NCBI RefSeq assembly: GCF_006345805.1 | Contig: NC_043004.1 | Span: 12,586,001 to 12,650,000, forward strand | Source: Octopus sinensis | Taxonomy: Eukaryota | Length of the DNA: 64,000 bases | Direction of reading: 5' to 3' | In this document: positions 25,159 through 38,630 of the stretch, one piece after another | How the letters are laid out: the number at the start of each line of letters is the position of its first letter | How positions within the stretch are numbered: the stretch's first letter is position 1 | Program-made: the position numbers and the translations under genes | The notes under the pieces: model-generated | What the model was told of the DNA's origin: nothing | The model's input: the letters and a program-made list of their open reading frames with translations, nothing else | Databases searched by the model: none

Positions 25159-25663
25159 CTTACACATACGCATACACACACATACACACATGTGTGTTTG
25201 TGATGGATATATTATATACACACGTATATATACATACATACGGATACACAAACACATATAAGCATTCATCAAACTATATCTGTCTGTGTGTCCCTGTCCG
25301 TAGGTATGTAGGTGCGTGTATGTATATCAACCGATATACCTACCTGCTTGTGTATTCACATACCTACCTCATTTGCAATCATCCAACCAGCCAACCGACC
25401 GACAGATTGACCGACCAACAACTTATCTATCTTCATTCCTTCCAAACATATTTGCATAAATATCTACCTAGTTCTCTTCTTTACATACGCTCTCCTCACT
25501 AATCACGCTAATTGATAATTATTTCTAGATAGCATTCATTAATATAATCTAGGTAAACTATCGTAATTGCTTATTTACGTTGTGCATAACAACTTCACCA
25601 GTAAAAATACTATACATACATACGCACATACATACCTAAAAGTACTTATACATGTACATTCGT

Positions 25664-25702
<39 letters not shown>

Positions 25703-26321
25703 GCAATCATACATGCATGCGTAGATACGTATGTTCTTACATATATACATACATATATATATAGATGCACACACACACATATATTCGTATATATATATAT
25801 ATTTGTATGTGTGTATATACAATGCATACATATATATATATATACGCATATATATATATGTGTGTGTGCGTGTGTGTGTGCACACGTGTCTGCGTGTTTG
25901 TGTGTCTGTGTGTCTACGTGTCTGCGTGTTTGTGTGTCTGTGTGTCTACGTGTCTGTGTCTGCATGTATTGGTTGGCCTGTTAGAGAAAAGCCAGCTTTT
26001 CCAAGTTGGAACCAGTTACATGAACAAACAACTTGAAAATGGAGTGCAAGTGATCTCGCCAGAGAAGTTGATAATCTGTATTGCCGTCATCACTAGATTT
26101 GGTATTTGCTCGTTCGATGCTATACGTGATGGAAAACTACCAGAAGAGTAAATTGAGAGCACAGGAAAATGGTCATGAATTCAGTTCAACAAAAAGAAAA
26201 AAAACGTACATAATAATGCAAGTGGTAAGACGAACAGACATCGACACTCAGAATCATGTATGTATGTATGTATGATATGGCATCTACGTACATTATATAT
26301 ATATATATGTATGTAAGTATG

Positions 26322-26351
<30 letters not shown>

Positions 26352-26354
<3 letters not shown>

Positions 26355-26515
26355 GCGCAGAAGTGGCTGTGTGGTAGGTAGCTTGCTTACCAACCACATG
26401 GTTCTGGGTTCAGTCCTACTGCGTGGCAGCTTGGGCAAGTGTCTTCTGCTATAGCCTCGGGCCGACCAAAGCCTTGTGAGTGGATTTGGTATATGGAAAC
26501 TGAAAGAAGACCGTC

Positions 26516-26576
<61 letters not shown>

Positions 26577-26705
26577 TGTGTATGTGTGTCGGTGTATTTA
26601 TGCCCCCATGACATAGCGGTACAGTAAAAGAGACCAATAGGATAAGTACTAAGCTTAGAAAGTATATGCCCTGGGGTAAATTTGTTGACTAAAAGTGGTG
26701 CACCA
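26352..26705 (+). mobile_element. SINE-A, near full length
   Basis: AGGCGCAGAAGTGGCTGTGTGGTAGGTAGC head through TTGACTAAAAGTGGTGC tail. Confidence 0.9.
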
Positions 26706-26714
26706 GAATAGAAG

Positions 26715-26778
<64 letters not shown>

Positions 26779-27181
26779 GTTTCATATATATATATATGAG
26801 TGTGTGTGTTTATATAAATGTTTCTTTTTATGTCAAGAAATAAACAAAAGCAAATTGTGATTGAACTGAAGGATTACTCAATCCTTTTTCATTAGAGTAT
26901 ATGTTGAAACTTTAAAAGAAGAGGAATGATAGTGACTTCGAACTTTCTATCAACTACTCTTCATCGATTTTGGTTCGGCTATGGAAGCGTCAGGCAGAAT
27001 ACCCTGCAGTATTAGCTCTGACCCTCATTGCATCAAGCTCAGAATTCATCGAGATCAGCTTCCCATATAATCTATTCGGAGTATATAAATATATAGTACC
27101 GGGACAGTATCAGGTTCGGTTCTTTTTCTATCCTCGCCTTACTTTCTATACATACGTCTGCCTGTCTTTCTCTCTTTCTAG

Positions 27182-27220
27182 AAAAAGAAGGAAGAAGCGA
27201 TGAAGAAATCTTCTGTAGTG
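27182..27220 (+). CDS. Possible 39-nt exon (frame unknown)
   Basis: Strong acceptor cctgtctttctctctttctag and donor GTG|gtaaga; purine-rich, ESE-like body. Confidence 0.3.
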
Positions 27221-27333
27221 GTAAGAACTGGTGAGAGATTGGCTCTTTCAGATTTTAATGATCAAAACACGTCGCTCACCACCACGGTGCCCATACATTT
27301 CCATTGAGATTTGACGACTTAACGCAAGATGCA

Positions 27334-27390
<57 letters not shown>

Positions 27391-27421
27391 TATATATATA
27401 GATAGATAGATAGATAGATAG

Positions 27422-27470
<49 letters not shown>

Positions 27471-28119
27471 TGTGTATGTGTGTGTGTGTGTATGTAGAGC
27501 GAAAGAGAGAGGAAGAGAGAGAAAGTGGGATTGATGATGATTTATGACTGTTCACTCGTGACGGAGGAAGACCATCACTGACCATTGCGTATGCAAAATG
27601 CCAGCAATGCCCGTGCATGAGGTTATTGCACTAGCAGTCAGCTTCACTCGGGATCACGCCTGCAGCTTCCATGCTCGCCTCAGCAACCTCCAACTCGACA
27701 GGCATCTGACCGTAGCTTTACCGGTGATTGCAAAACCTAAAATTTTAGGTCCAATAAGGACTTCCGCAGCACCGAACGGAGCCTCTCCACTCTGCTGACA
27801 ATGATCCAGATACAAGCTAGGGCAAGATATCCACTGCGAGTATGGGTCGCAGGCTCAGGAATGTTGGAGCTCCATGATCTCAAATGCAAGCATAAGATCA
27901 ACAAAATGTTCAATGCCATTCATTCTCTGCATATTTCATTTTACATCAGAGTGATCTTCGAGAAACATGCTCTAGCACAAGCAAAGGGATGCCTCACCCG
28001 CCGCAGTCTTCCAGCACATAGGACTCTTTTTCCTCTCTCCTCTCTTCTCACGTCACTGCTGGCCGACTACTGGCCTTTTTGGGTTTGGCAGCGGTCGCTG
28101 TCACATCGACATTTTTCCT

Positions 28120-28210
28120 CTGCCGTAATGCTTAATTCCTAACACGCCAGCTGAATTTAATTCGTTTCCAGTTGAAAGACGCCTGTTGTGATGTCCTGTT
28201 ATTATCATTA

Positions 28211-28268
<58 letters not shown>

Positions 28269-28535
28269 GTTGTTGTTGTTGTTGTTTTTTGTATTATTTT
28301 TGTATTTATATTCGTGAAACATCGTCCTTTTTTCCGTCCTTGTTTCGTATACATTCGAAGCTTTTTTCCAAGGAATCTAATGCTCTTAGTTTAGTTTTTC
28401 CTTGGGGCTGGCCAGATTGGATCAATCTCAAGATTGATCATCCGAAATAGCGAGGATGATCCGGTTCTTGACTGAAAATGACCCGTCCGTGTTTTTTGTA
28501 TCGTCTTCTGGATGTTTTACGTCCTTGTCCCATTT
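28120..28535 (+). mobile_element. Interspersed repeat homologous to the 3' half of the 30-32 kb unit
   Basis: CACGCCAGCT.AATTTAATTCGT...CCTTGGGGCTGG...GACCCGTCC...TTGTCCCATTTTGTA shared with 30575-30920. Confidence 0.8.
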
Positions 28536-29910
28536 TGTATTTTTTATATACATACATATATTATATCATTTTATTTAGTTATATTTCATATATTATATAT
28601 TATATATATATGTAAAATTATTAGTATCGCATTCAGCCTAGAATAAATTGTATAATAATCTACAATGTATATTCAGCACTATATTTCTCCTTTTTCAAAT
28701 GCTTTGACTCGCAGTATAATGAGGTTATACATCCAGCCATTCTTACACTCATACACATGCGTATGTATGTTTGTATATAGATTGGCATTGGTGAAAGTAT
28801 ATCACACGAAGGTTCTGTAAGAATAAAGCAATGAAAGAATTTATACGAGACTTAAAGAAATCCAGCAGTCAGAACTCTCCTCTTAAAATACAATATTTCA
28901 CAATGCTTTTGTAGCACCTGTATTGATAGTAATATTTGAGATAATTGACTGGCATTTAGAGGAAATCCATTTCATAAACATGAAAGCTCGCAAGATCCTC
29001 ATATCAACTGAACTTTCACAGAAAGTGATATTGAAACGCTTCATCTAATACCCACTCAAATTACTTTTGTAGCCTTTGTGACCTAGAAAATCTGCGAAAC
29101 CTGAAGCACCCGACCAAAAGATTAAATAGTGACGTCACAGATCTAATTCCTCTATGCCCTTACATTTACAAATATTTTCTTAAATACCGTAACACTGTAT
29201 GATAACAGTGATAAGAAATCAATCTAAACGTAACACATTGTTTTCTCTTTCATCTCCAATTAATATTTCATACCTTAACTAGTAACATCAGAGTAAATCG
29301 CTCGTATACAGCAGTTTCCTAACAATTTCTCAAATAGAGTAATATGCGGTAATTTAATAACATGAATCATTCCAGCTACCCTAAAACAATTCGATTTGTA
29401 AACCCCAGGAAAGAGAAACAAAATAACATTTCATTCATTTAATAAATTACATCTTCAGATAATATTTGATGCTATAATTAGTTCCAACATCAGGTGACCT
29501 CTTCTATATAAATCCTAACCTTTTCCTAAATAAATGGATTTGCAGTAATTCAATAAATCGGAAAATTTCTTCACCGAAACCCACAATAAAGAAGAAGGTA
29601 ATAGTATTTTCTTTTCTTTTGTTTTGAATAAATTCATACTTCAACCGCCCACGTGCTGGGTCAGCAGACGCTCAGATACCTACGCAAACATTTTAACAGA
29701 CCAACACACATGTATAAACATATTGCAACATATCCAAACGACAACACGGACGTAGAAATCCAATGATTAAAACAGCCAATGAAAATACATGACTCACAAT
29801 TTAAATAAGTCACTATCGAAACAAAACATGCCATTCCATTGAAAACTAAGATATACGCAAAAGCATCCTTGTTAACATATGCACAATTATATGTATATAT
29901 ATAATATGTG

Positions 29911-29944
<34 letters not shown>

Positions 29945-29957
29945 ATATATATATATA

Positions 29958-30927
29958 TAGATTAGTGTAGATTTACACAAAGAGGCGAGCCTTAACAGGT
30001 AGCCTAACATACTAGAAGAACAGTCCAAACCACAGTTAAGAGCAATTCCGAAGGGAATGAAAAATAAAAATATTTACCATGTTTTACAACCGGACCTCAG
30101 GTTTCGAACTTTAATTAGCAAATAAAATAATTTACAAGGCGAATTTCTCATCAGCGGATACGCCAAAACATTAATATATAAATAGAGACCAAATAACACA
30201 TGTCTCATCTTATATACTATCATTTTTCAAATCCTCCGCGCAAGCGCTAATTCATTGGCAAGAATAAAAATCCGATTAAACTTCAGAAATTGCTAAAGTT
30301 ATTTCTGAAAATTCCATATGAAAAATATGTCCTTTGACTTTGTATACATACTAGACCACTGGTGGAAAAAATTTCTATAATTTTCCTACCTTATATTAAT
30401 TTTAAGAAATATGTCCCACTGCCTCCACGCTCTCTCTCTCTTATCTCCCTACGTGACCAGTATTCATCCAAGCCTGACATTTCTTTCTTGGTTCGGCCGC
30501 CGCCGCCGCAACGTCTGTATTCCTCCCTGTGCCTGTGAAATCATGTATCCTTGCCGTAAGGGATACAATCTGCCACACACGCCAGCTTAATTTAATTCGT
30601 CCTTAGTCGAAGACACCTGTGTTTGTCCTGTTATTTGTATTTGTGTAACATTCTCTGTTGTTTTCCGTCCTTGTTTCAATATCGCTGCTTTCTTCCAGGA
30701 ATCTAAAGTTCTTAGCTTAGTCTTTTCCTTGGGGCTGGCTAGATTGGAGCAATCTCGAGTATAACCAGCCGAAATTGCAATAATCTGGGACTCGACTGAG
30801 GAAAGAAAACTCCGAATGACCCGTCCTTGTTTTCTTTGTATCGCCAAACTGGATGTTTTGCTGTCCCTTTTTTGTATCATCTTGCTGTCTGGATGTTTTG
30901 TGTTCTTGTCCCATTTTGTATATAATA

Positions 30928-30980
<53 letters not shown>

Positions 30981-31950
30981 TTAGTGTAGATTTAAACACA
31001 AAGAGGCGAGCCTTAACAGGTAGCCTAACATACTAGAAAGAACAGTCCAAACCACGTTAAGAGCAATTCCGAAGGGAATGAAAAATAAAAATATTTACCA
31101 TGTTTTACAACCGGACCTCAGGTTTCGAACTTTAATTAGCAAATAAAATAATTTACAAGGCGAATTTCTCATCAGCGGATACGCCAAAACATTAATATAT
31201 AAATTAGAGACCAAATAACACATGTCTCATTCTTATATACTATCATTTTTCAAATCCTCCGCGCAAGCGCTAATTCAATTGGCAGGAAATAAAAATTCCG
31301 ATTAAACTTCAGAAATTGCTAAAGTTATTTCTGAAAATTTCCATATGAAAAATATGTCCTTTGACTTTGTATACATACTAGACCACTGGTGGAAAAAATT
31401 TCTATAATTTTTCCTACCTTATATTAATTTTAAGAAATATGTCCCACTGCCTCCACCGCTCTCTCTCTCTTATCTCCCTACGTGACCAGTATTCATCCAA
31501 GCCTGACATTTCTTTCTTGGTTCGGCCGCCGCCGTGCAACGTCTGTATTCCTCCCTGTGCCTGTGAAATCATGTATCCTTGCCGTAAGGGATACAATCTG
31601 CCACACACGCCAGCTTAATTTAATTCGTCCTTAGTCGAAAGACACCTGTTGTTATGTCCTGTTATTTGTATTTGTGTAACATTCTCTGTTTTTTTCCGTC
31701 CTTGTTTCAATATCGCTGCTTTCTTCCAAGGAATCTAAAGTTCTTAGCTTAGTCTTTCCTTGGGGCTGGCTAGATTGGAGCAATCTCGAGTATAACCAGC
31801 CGAAATTGCAAAGATAATCTGGGACTCGACTGAGGAAAGAAAACTCCGAATGACCCGTCCTTGTTTTCTTTGTATCGCCAAACTGGATGTTTTGCTGTCC
31901 CTTTTTTGTATCATCTTGCTGTCTGGATGTTTTGTGTTCTTGTCCCATTT

Positions 31951-31953
<3 letters not shown>
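29958..31953. repeat. Tandem duplication of a ~965-bp unit (29958-30920 and 30977-31953) separated by (TA)n
   Basis: Copies nearly identical, differing mostly by 1-nt homopolymer indels. Confidence 0.95.
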
Positions 31954-31986
<33 letters not shown>

Positions 31987-32158
31987 ACGATGTAACTAAG
32001 ATAATATTTTATCGAATGCAGAGTTGCCGTTAGAACAGCAGAAAAACCGGGCAAGTTACCTATACAAGACGGAAAAATTTGTTAACAACCAGCTAGCCAT
32101 AGCTGTTCTGCTGTTCTAAAGGCAACTTTGTCTTCGGAAAAATATAATCTTATTTACA

Positions 32159-32364
32159 ATATTTACATTGGATGGGTAGGGGTCCTCAACTTGTTTGTTG
32201 TTATCACAACGTTTCGGCTGATGTACTCTCCAGCCTTCATAAGGTGTCACGGTGAAAGTTTGAAATTCCACCAGGACACCTGATAAAGGCCAAAGAATAC
32301 ATCAAACGAAATGTTATGATAACAATAATCAAGTTGAGGATATCTAACCGTCCAATGTAAATAT
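32159..32364. repeat. Foldback element (~90-nt imperfect arms) with degenerate hammerhead cores on both arms
   Basis: ATATTTACATTGGA...GGTGTC / GACACC...TCCAATGTAAATAT; minus arm CTTATGA-AGGCTG..CAGCC-GAAACGTT, plus arm CTGATAA..CGAAATGTT. Confidence 0.85.
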
Positions 32365-32620
32365 TATAATTCTTTATCTCTAAAATATAGAACTTAATCT
32401 TATTTGTATCTTACGAAACACATTTCGTCGATTGTAATAAGAAAATAAAGAAAACAAATGTGTTTACATTTATGTGCGTGTGTGTGTATTTGTATATATA
32501 TATTGGCCTGCTCACTTATCCAGCGGGGTGGCGTCATTCGAAGGCTAAAACAACGCGAACGCATTGTGACCAGCGATGTGTAACAATATCTGATGGTCTG
32601 GTCGGTCACGTGATCACGTG

Positions 32621-32652
<32 letters not shown>

Positions 32653-32658
32653 ATATAT

Positions 32659-32694
<36 letters not shown>

Positions 32695-32699
<5 letters not shown>

Positions 32700-32970
32700 T
32701 GCAGCGTGGAAAGTGTTTGTAAGCCATTTAACAAACACAACAAAAGCCGTTCGATTCACTTCAACATTTAAGTTTAATTTGTCAAAATATTTTCGTCGCT
32801 ATAAAACCGCGAACTGTTCACTGACAAAAATCCGTGCTGCATCACGAACAGGTCGCGGTCTTATAGCGACGAAAATATTTTGACAAATTAAACTTAAATG
32901 TTGAAGTGAATCGAACGGCTTTTGTGTGGTTACTTAAATGGCTTACAAACACCTTCCACGCTGCAATTGT
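32695..32970. repeat. Long foldback palindrome (~125-nt arms, 26-nt spacer)
   Basis: ACAATTGCAGCGTGGAA...GAACTGTTC / GAACAGGTCGCGG...CCACGCTGCAATTGT. Confidence 0.92.
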
Positions 32971-33025
32971 TTTCGTTCCAGCACACGATCTCAGATCAAA
33001 TCATTGGTTTGCAAGTACACTTCGT

Positions 33026-33087
<62 letters not shown>

Positions 33088-33097
33088 TGTGTGTTGT

Positions 33098-33134
<37 letters not shown>

Positions 33135-33890
33135 GTGGTATATATATATATATATATATATATAATTATGCAAGCACAAATCGTTTGAACGAACAAACAT
33201 ACATTAGAAAAGGCTAAATACAAAAGCCTTTCAAATCAAATTAACCACCATAGAAACAAAAGCTTGCTTGCATTCTCTTTTGAGAATCAAAATATGAACG
33301 CGATAATAGAACCTTCAATTGTTTGATTAGGCATGTGAGGTCAAAAATAATAGTTGCAGTGTAAATCTGGAATATCGAAGTAATAATAAAATATACAAAC
33401 ACAAACTCTATAAGACCCTTTCTATCAGTGACAAATATAGCAAATAACAGGTGGAGCCATTATGTCAAGCATCTCCAGAAAGATACTGGCATTCAAAGGT
33501 TACGCATTGTCTTTCTCCGTTCATCAGCAGCGCTGCGTGGCCAGAACAAGAAAAAAGGTACAATTCATATTTAAAGCAATCCATCGGTTCATTTAACATC
33601 ATCGTTTCTTTTCATTTTGTGCTTTCAGCAAAGTTTTTTTCTTTTGCCAACATTCGGGGCAGGCCTTCTATTTGAGCTGTTCTTATACGGAGGTACTTTT
33701 ATTTTACAATCTGTGATTGCAACTCGTCCTCATGACACAAAGGTGATTTTAATAAATCAAGAATTTTAGTTCTATGGTATTTGAAATAATTACTTCTATT
33801 TCTCTCGTGTGTGCCATCTTTTTCTCTCTCTCCCTCTTCTCTCTCTGTCTCTCTTTCTCCGAATATATATATATGTGTGTAAAAGGCTGG

Positions 33891-33966
<76 letters not shown>

Positions 33967-34265
33967 CCAGTAATCCTTTCAGACGGGAATTTGTCTTTCT
34001 GAACGAAGGACCCTGAAATGACTTATATATAATGAATTGTGATTATGTGTATCATAAAAAAATATATATAAGTCTAAACAATTTGTTGGCCTTTTACGGT
34101 TTTTATAGTTCTTTATATAATATCATGTTATGTTATATATATATTCATAGTATTTATGTAATATTGTAACATAAATAAATTATTGGATTGTCAATAGAAT
34201 ATCTCTATATTCAATTTATCTTTATATATATATATATATAATCTTGCACAACAATTATATAAACG

Positions 34266-34305
<40 letters not shown>

Positions 34306-34379
34306 TATAATATATAATATATGAAGGCGCGCTAGCAAAACGCTGCTCCTCTAAATGGAACCTTACTTACTTGTCATTG

Positions 34380-35060
34380 TGGTTTTGTGGCACAAAGCAA
34401 AGCAGGCCTCGCAGTCTACTGACGAAAACACACAGTAGATGCCATAAGCACTCAGGCAAACTGGGTCCCCAACTTGTTCCATTTGCCAAAAGTTTTGCAA
34501 GGCCCAACAGACACTAAACTCTGACGGTAAATATTTTCAGGTGTAACCTTGGTCAGGGGATGGAGTGTCTATTTCCATTGGATGATAATCATTGTAGTGT
34601 TCATTAGATATGATTTACAGAGAATCAACTTTTCATCCACTGTGATGATACTACCCAAGAAACGTTCGCTGTATCGTCTACACTTCAGTGACGAGCAAAG
34701 GGAAACTCCTTGATAAAGCAGAGAAGAAGCCAGATTATGAGGGCCCAATGAGCAGGTTATAACATTTTTCCTAGTTCATGAATGTATTTTATGATCGAAG
34801 TCTGGCTTCAATTAAATGGTTTTCCCAATTCTCGTGCTGCTGGCTTCCGATTTTTCTCAGCTACGGTTTTAAAATAGAATCTGGACGTCTAGGCTTGCCA
34901 TCCAGATCGAGCGTAGTCTCAAACAGGAAAGCGTTTTCAAGCGAAACTAGCCTAACAATTGTTTGCATGTCCAAACTATTAAGGCTTCATTTCCATAGCC
35001 AGAACAAATATTTCTGGTCACTTTTATTGCTGAGGACCACTCTTTGAACTTGTATAGCAC
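34380..35060 (-). pseudogene. Decayed mariner (Tc1/mariner) transposase
   Basis: Minus-strand remnants RFLGSIITVDEKLIL and PRLHLKIFTV resemble the mariner motifs FLDRIVTGDEKW and PKLHPKKVML; many stops. Confidence 0.7.
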
Positions 35061-35230
35061 GCAGTATTTAATATGGGTGTCATCTAAATTCATTTTAAAA
35101 GGGTAAAATCATTACGAATTTAAACACTATATTATAAGGTAATCAAGAAGTAAGCCAAGAAAAAAACATCAGAATGTAAGAATTAAGGATTATTTTCATC
35201 TACGTGTTGAAAACGTACCTCAAAAGTAAT

Positions 35231-35594
35231 TACCGTAAATCCTCGAGTATAATCCGCATTTTTTTCCCAACATTTATAGGTCAAAATCCCTAGTGCGTAC
35301 TATATACGAGGTTTAAAATGAAAATTATTTTCTGAGCAATATCCGAGTCTCTATTTGCTGTCCGGCAATATTTATTCAGACGCATTTTGGGATGTCGGGC
35401 GCTAAAATACCCTAAGCGAAGCCTGAAAGCATGAAGTCATAAAAGAATCATTCATAACTTGCAGTAAGCAACATTTATTAAACGTTATTACTGTTATTAC
35501 TGTTATTTCTTTATTTTCTGCAAACAAAATGCACAAAAATGCTACACGTTTGTATTATGTTATACATACAATAATAATACAGGACCTTACCGTA
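35231..35594. mobile_element. pogo/Tigger-like MITE (right end degenerate)
   Basis: TA+CCGTAAATCCTCGAGTATAA left terminus; 35288-35395 is the reverse complement of 48371-48476. Confidence 0.55.
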
Positions 35595-36077
35595 TACATT
35601 TTTATAAGAGCTACTATATATCAATATGTGTGATCTCCTTTATTGTGAGGATAACGGAATATAACGTCTCTGAGTATATACATTTCCCCCGGTTTCTTGG
35701 CTTTTTTAGATGCATAAAGACAGCGACCATGACACCAAAAGCCTCTAAGACTGAAGGAGGAAAACAAATGATGAAGAAACCAAAACTCATGCGTTGCCAG
35801 AGTTGGGGGTAGCACATGAAGTTATCGAATTATTCCCAACGGTGACTTAGTCCGAAAAGCTTACAATAGGATGAACTTCAATAAAAGTACGAGAAAGGTT
35901 CAAGTGGTTGTGCTAAAGCAGGCAATAAAATAAACTTTTACATTCATTCCTTCAAGATTGAATAGATATATAACTGTCATGTGTTGCTGAAAAAAAGAGA
36001 AAACTAAATCAATGATAGCTGTCCTTGATAATTTATTTACGAAGAAACAATTTTGTCTAGGAATATAACATTGAATT

Positions 36078-36290
36078 AGCGGTGAGCTGGCAGAATCGTT
36101 AGATTGTCGGGGGAAAAAGCTTAGCAGCATTTCGCCATCTTTACGTTCTGAGTTCAAATTCCGTGGGGGTAGACTTTCTCTTTTATCCTTCCGGAGTCTA
36201 TTAAATAAGTACTATTTGAACTCTGCGCTCGATGTAATCGAATTACACCCTACTCAGAACTTGCTGGCCTTGTGCTAAAAGATGAAATTT
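36078..36290 (+). mobile_element. Nin-domain SINE
   Basis: GCGGTGAGCTGGCAGAATCGTTAG...TTACGTTCTGAGTTCAAATTCC. Confidence 0.85.
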
Positions 36291-37503
36291 GAAATCGCTA
36301 TAACATATTGAATTAAGAAATAGGGAAATAAATCGATGTAAATAATTTTAGTTACATTCAATTCCATCCTATCATAGATAAACTATTTGTTGTCCCTCTC
36401 ATTCAGTTTGATTATTTTATTAAAACATTTGGTCAAATATCTTTGTAGTGGATTATAGTCGGTCCGATCCTAACAACTTCTTCACCGGTTCCCATTTGAT
36501 CCACCAACGAAAGAATGATATCGGTCTCAGTAGAATATGAACTCAGAACGAAACTAAACAGCGCGTTGGCTTCTCTCCGATGGTCTGTAGATTTTTTCAG
36601 TTCACTTTTTATATATTTGTTTTCAAAATAATGTTTTGTGTTGAATTATTAAGAAGAAAAAAAAAACAACACTTCATGGGATCTCAAGGCATACAACATT
36701 TAAAGTCAGGATATATTGATAGATCGATGAGTATGTAAATATATATTGATTTGTGTATGGGGATGCAATTGGCCAGCTTCGTTCCATGATGAATGATGTT
36801 ATTGAAAGAGAAAGAGAGATAAAGGGAAGGAGGGGAGGAAAAGGGAGAAATAAAGACACAAAGAAAAAGAAGAGGGAGGGAGGCGGTTGGAAAAAAAATC
36901 ACATTAAATGTTTCGTCGACTAAATTACATTGTTCGCCATTTCGATAATACAGTTTAAATCAAATATTGAATAATATAGTAAGAAAAGCAACAATATTTT
37001 CTTTTTAAAAAATCACATTATACACATTCCTTTCTGTTCTTCGGGGGAAAAAACCCCGTAAAATTTGAACCGTTGTGGCCGGATATTGGGCAACATAATA
37101 ATAACCTGAGTAACAAACACAGAACATACGTAAAAGTAGCTTAGCCGAAAATATAGCACCTTCCTTACTGAGCCTCCTCCGACTCCTCCGACTCCTCCGA
37201 CTCCTCTCTCCTTCCTCCACCTCCTCTTCCGCATCTTCCATGTTTTCTTACATAGACCATAATTCGTCAGTGTCACAGACCGTGTAATAAGATGCACTTG
37301 GAGCATTCTATATGTAATTATTAATTCCGAAATATGCTTAGAGAAGCGTGAAAATGGATTTGTTGGTCAAATTACTGGAATAAAAGGTTTTGCGTTACGG
37401 TGCTGTTATATGGATAATAAACTTTCAGCAAGATGGAAATTCTTATACTTTCGAGCTACATAAGAATCTATATACATAACAATCTATATATACATACATA
37501 TAT

Positions 37504-37534
<31 letters not shown>

Positions 37535-37580
37535 TATATATATAATATATATATATATATATACATACATACATATATAT

Positions 37581-37611
<31 letters not shown>

Positions 37612-38285
37612 ATTATGTGTATATATATATACATACATACATATATATATACATACATATATATATATAATATATATATTATATATATATATATATATAT
37701 AGATATATTATATATACATACATACATACCATACATACATACATACATACTACATACATACATACATATATATATATATATGTATATATATATATCTATA
37801 TATGTATATTCGAAAGTAAAGAAAAAGAAGAGAAGAAAACAAAAATCAATTTAAAAGCATGAATAAAATTTCGAAGGAAAAGAATAATAATAAGACAAAG
37901 AGAGAATGAAAGCAGAAAGTTTTCAATAAGCTCTGATCGTATCGGTAAAGAATTAAATATATTTTGGAAATTATGATGTAAAACAAGGGAAGAGAATTAT
38001 GTTTTAAACGTTCGGTTAACCTCACCAACAGGACTCACCTCACATTTATGCATGTATATGTAATATATGGATTTGGATGCAGCTATTTGAGCATTTATGT
38101 TTATCAATATGCGTACTTAAAATATATGCGTTCCTCTAACTATCAATCTTCAATTTATATGATTACGTGTGCAAATAAATCTGATATGGTTATATAGATA
38201 CAAAAAGCGCAAGTATGCATATATATACATATATATATAGGCATGTATATATATACATATATATACATATATATACATATATATA

Positions 38286-38326
<41 letters not shown>

Positions 38327-38331
38327 ATTAT

Positions 38332-38365
<34 letters not shown>

Positions 38366-38630
38366 GATATATATGTATTATGTAGTATTTATGTATGTTG
38401 TGCATATACATTTATGTATGCATAAATGCATACGCACACCATACATATATATACATATATGAATAAATATTTATAGTATTTTTGTTTATATAAATAAACC
38501 CACGTATAAGGATATTAATTATATAATGATACAAAGAGGGTGAGGAAGAGTGAAAGAGGTAGACAGACAGACAGACAGACAGACTGGCAAATAAACAAAC
38601 AGAAATAGAGACTAAGACGGAATCAATGCA

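Noticed and set aside
27590-28090. GC-richer unique stretch with several 60-113 aa ORFs
   Set aside because: All frames interrupted or uninformative; could be a decayed TE but I cannot assign it
35614-35817. FIICFPPSVL resembling GPCR TM6
   Set aside because: Single short motif; no other TM segments or splice support
37005-37241. ORF MEDAEEEVEEGERSRRSRRSRRR
   Set aside because: Driven by a short CTCCGACTC/CT-rich repeat; no recognisable domain
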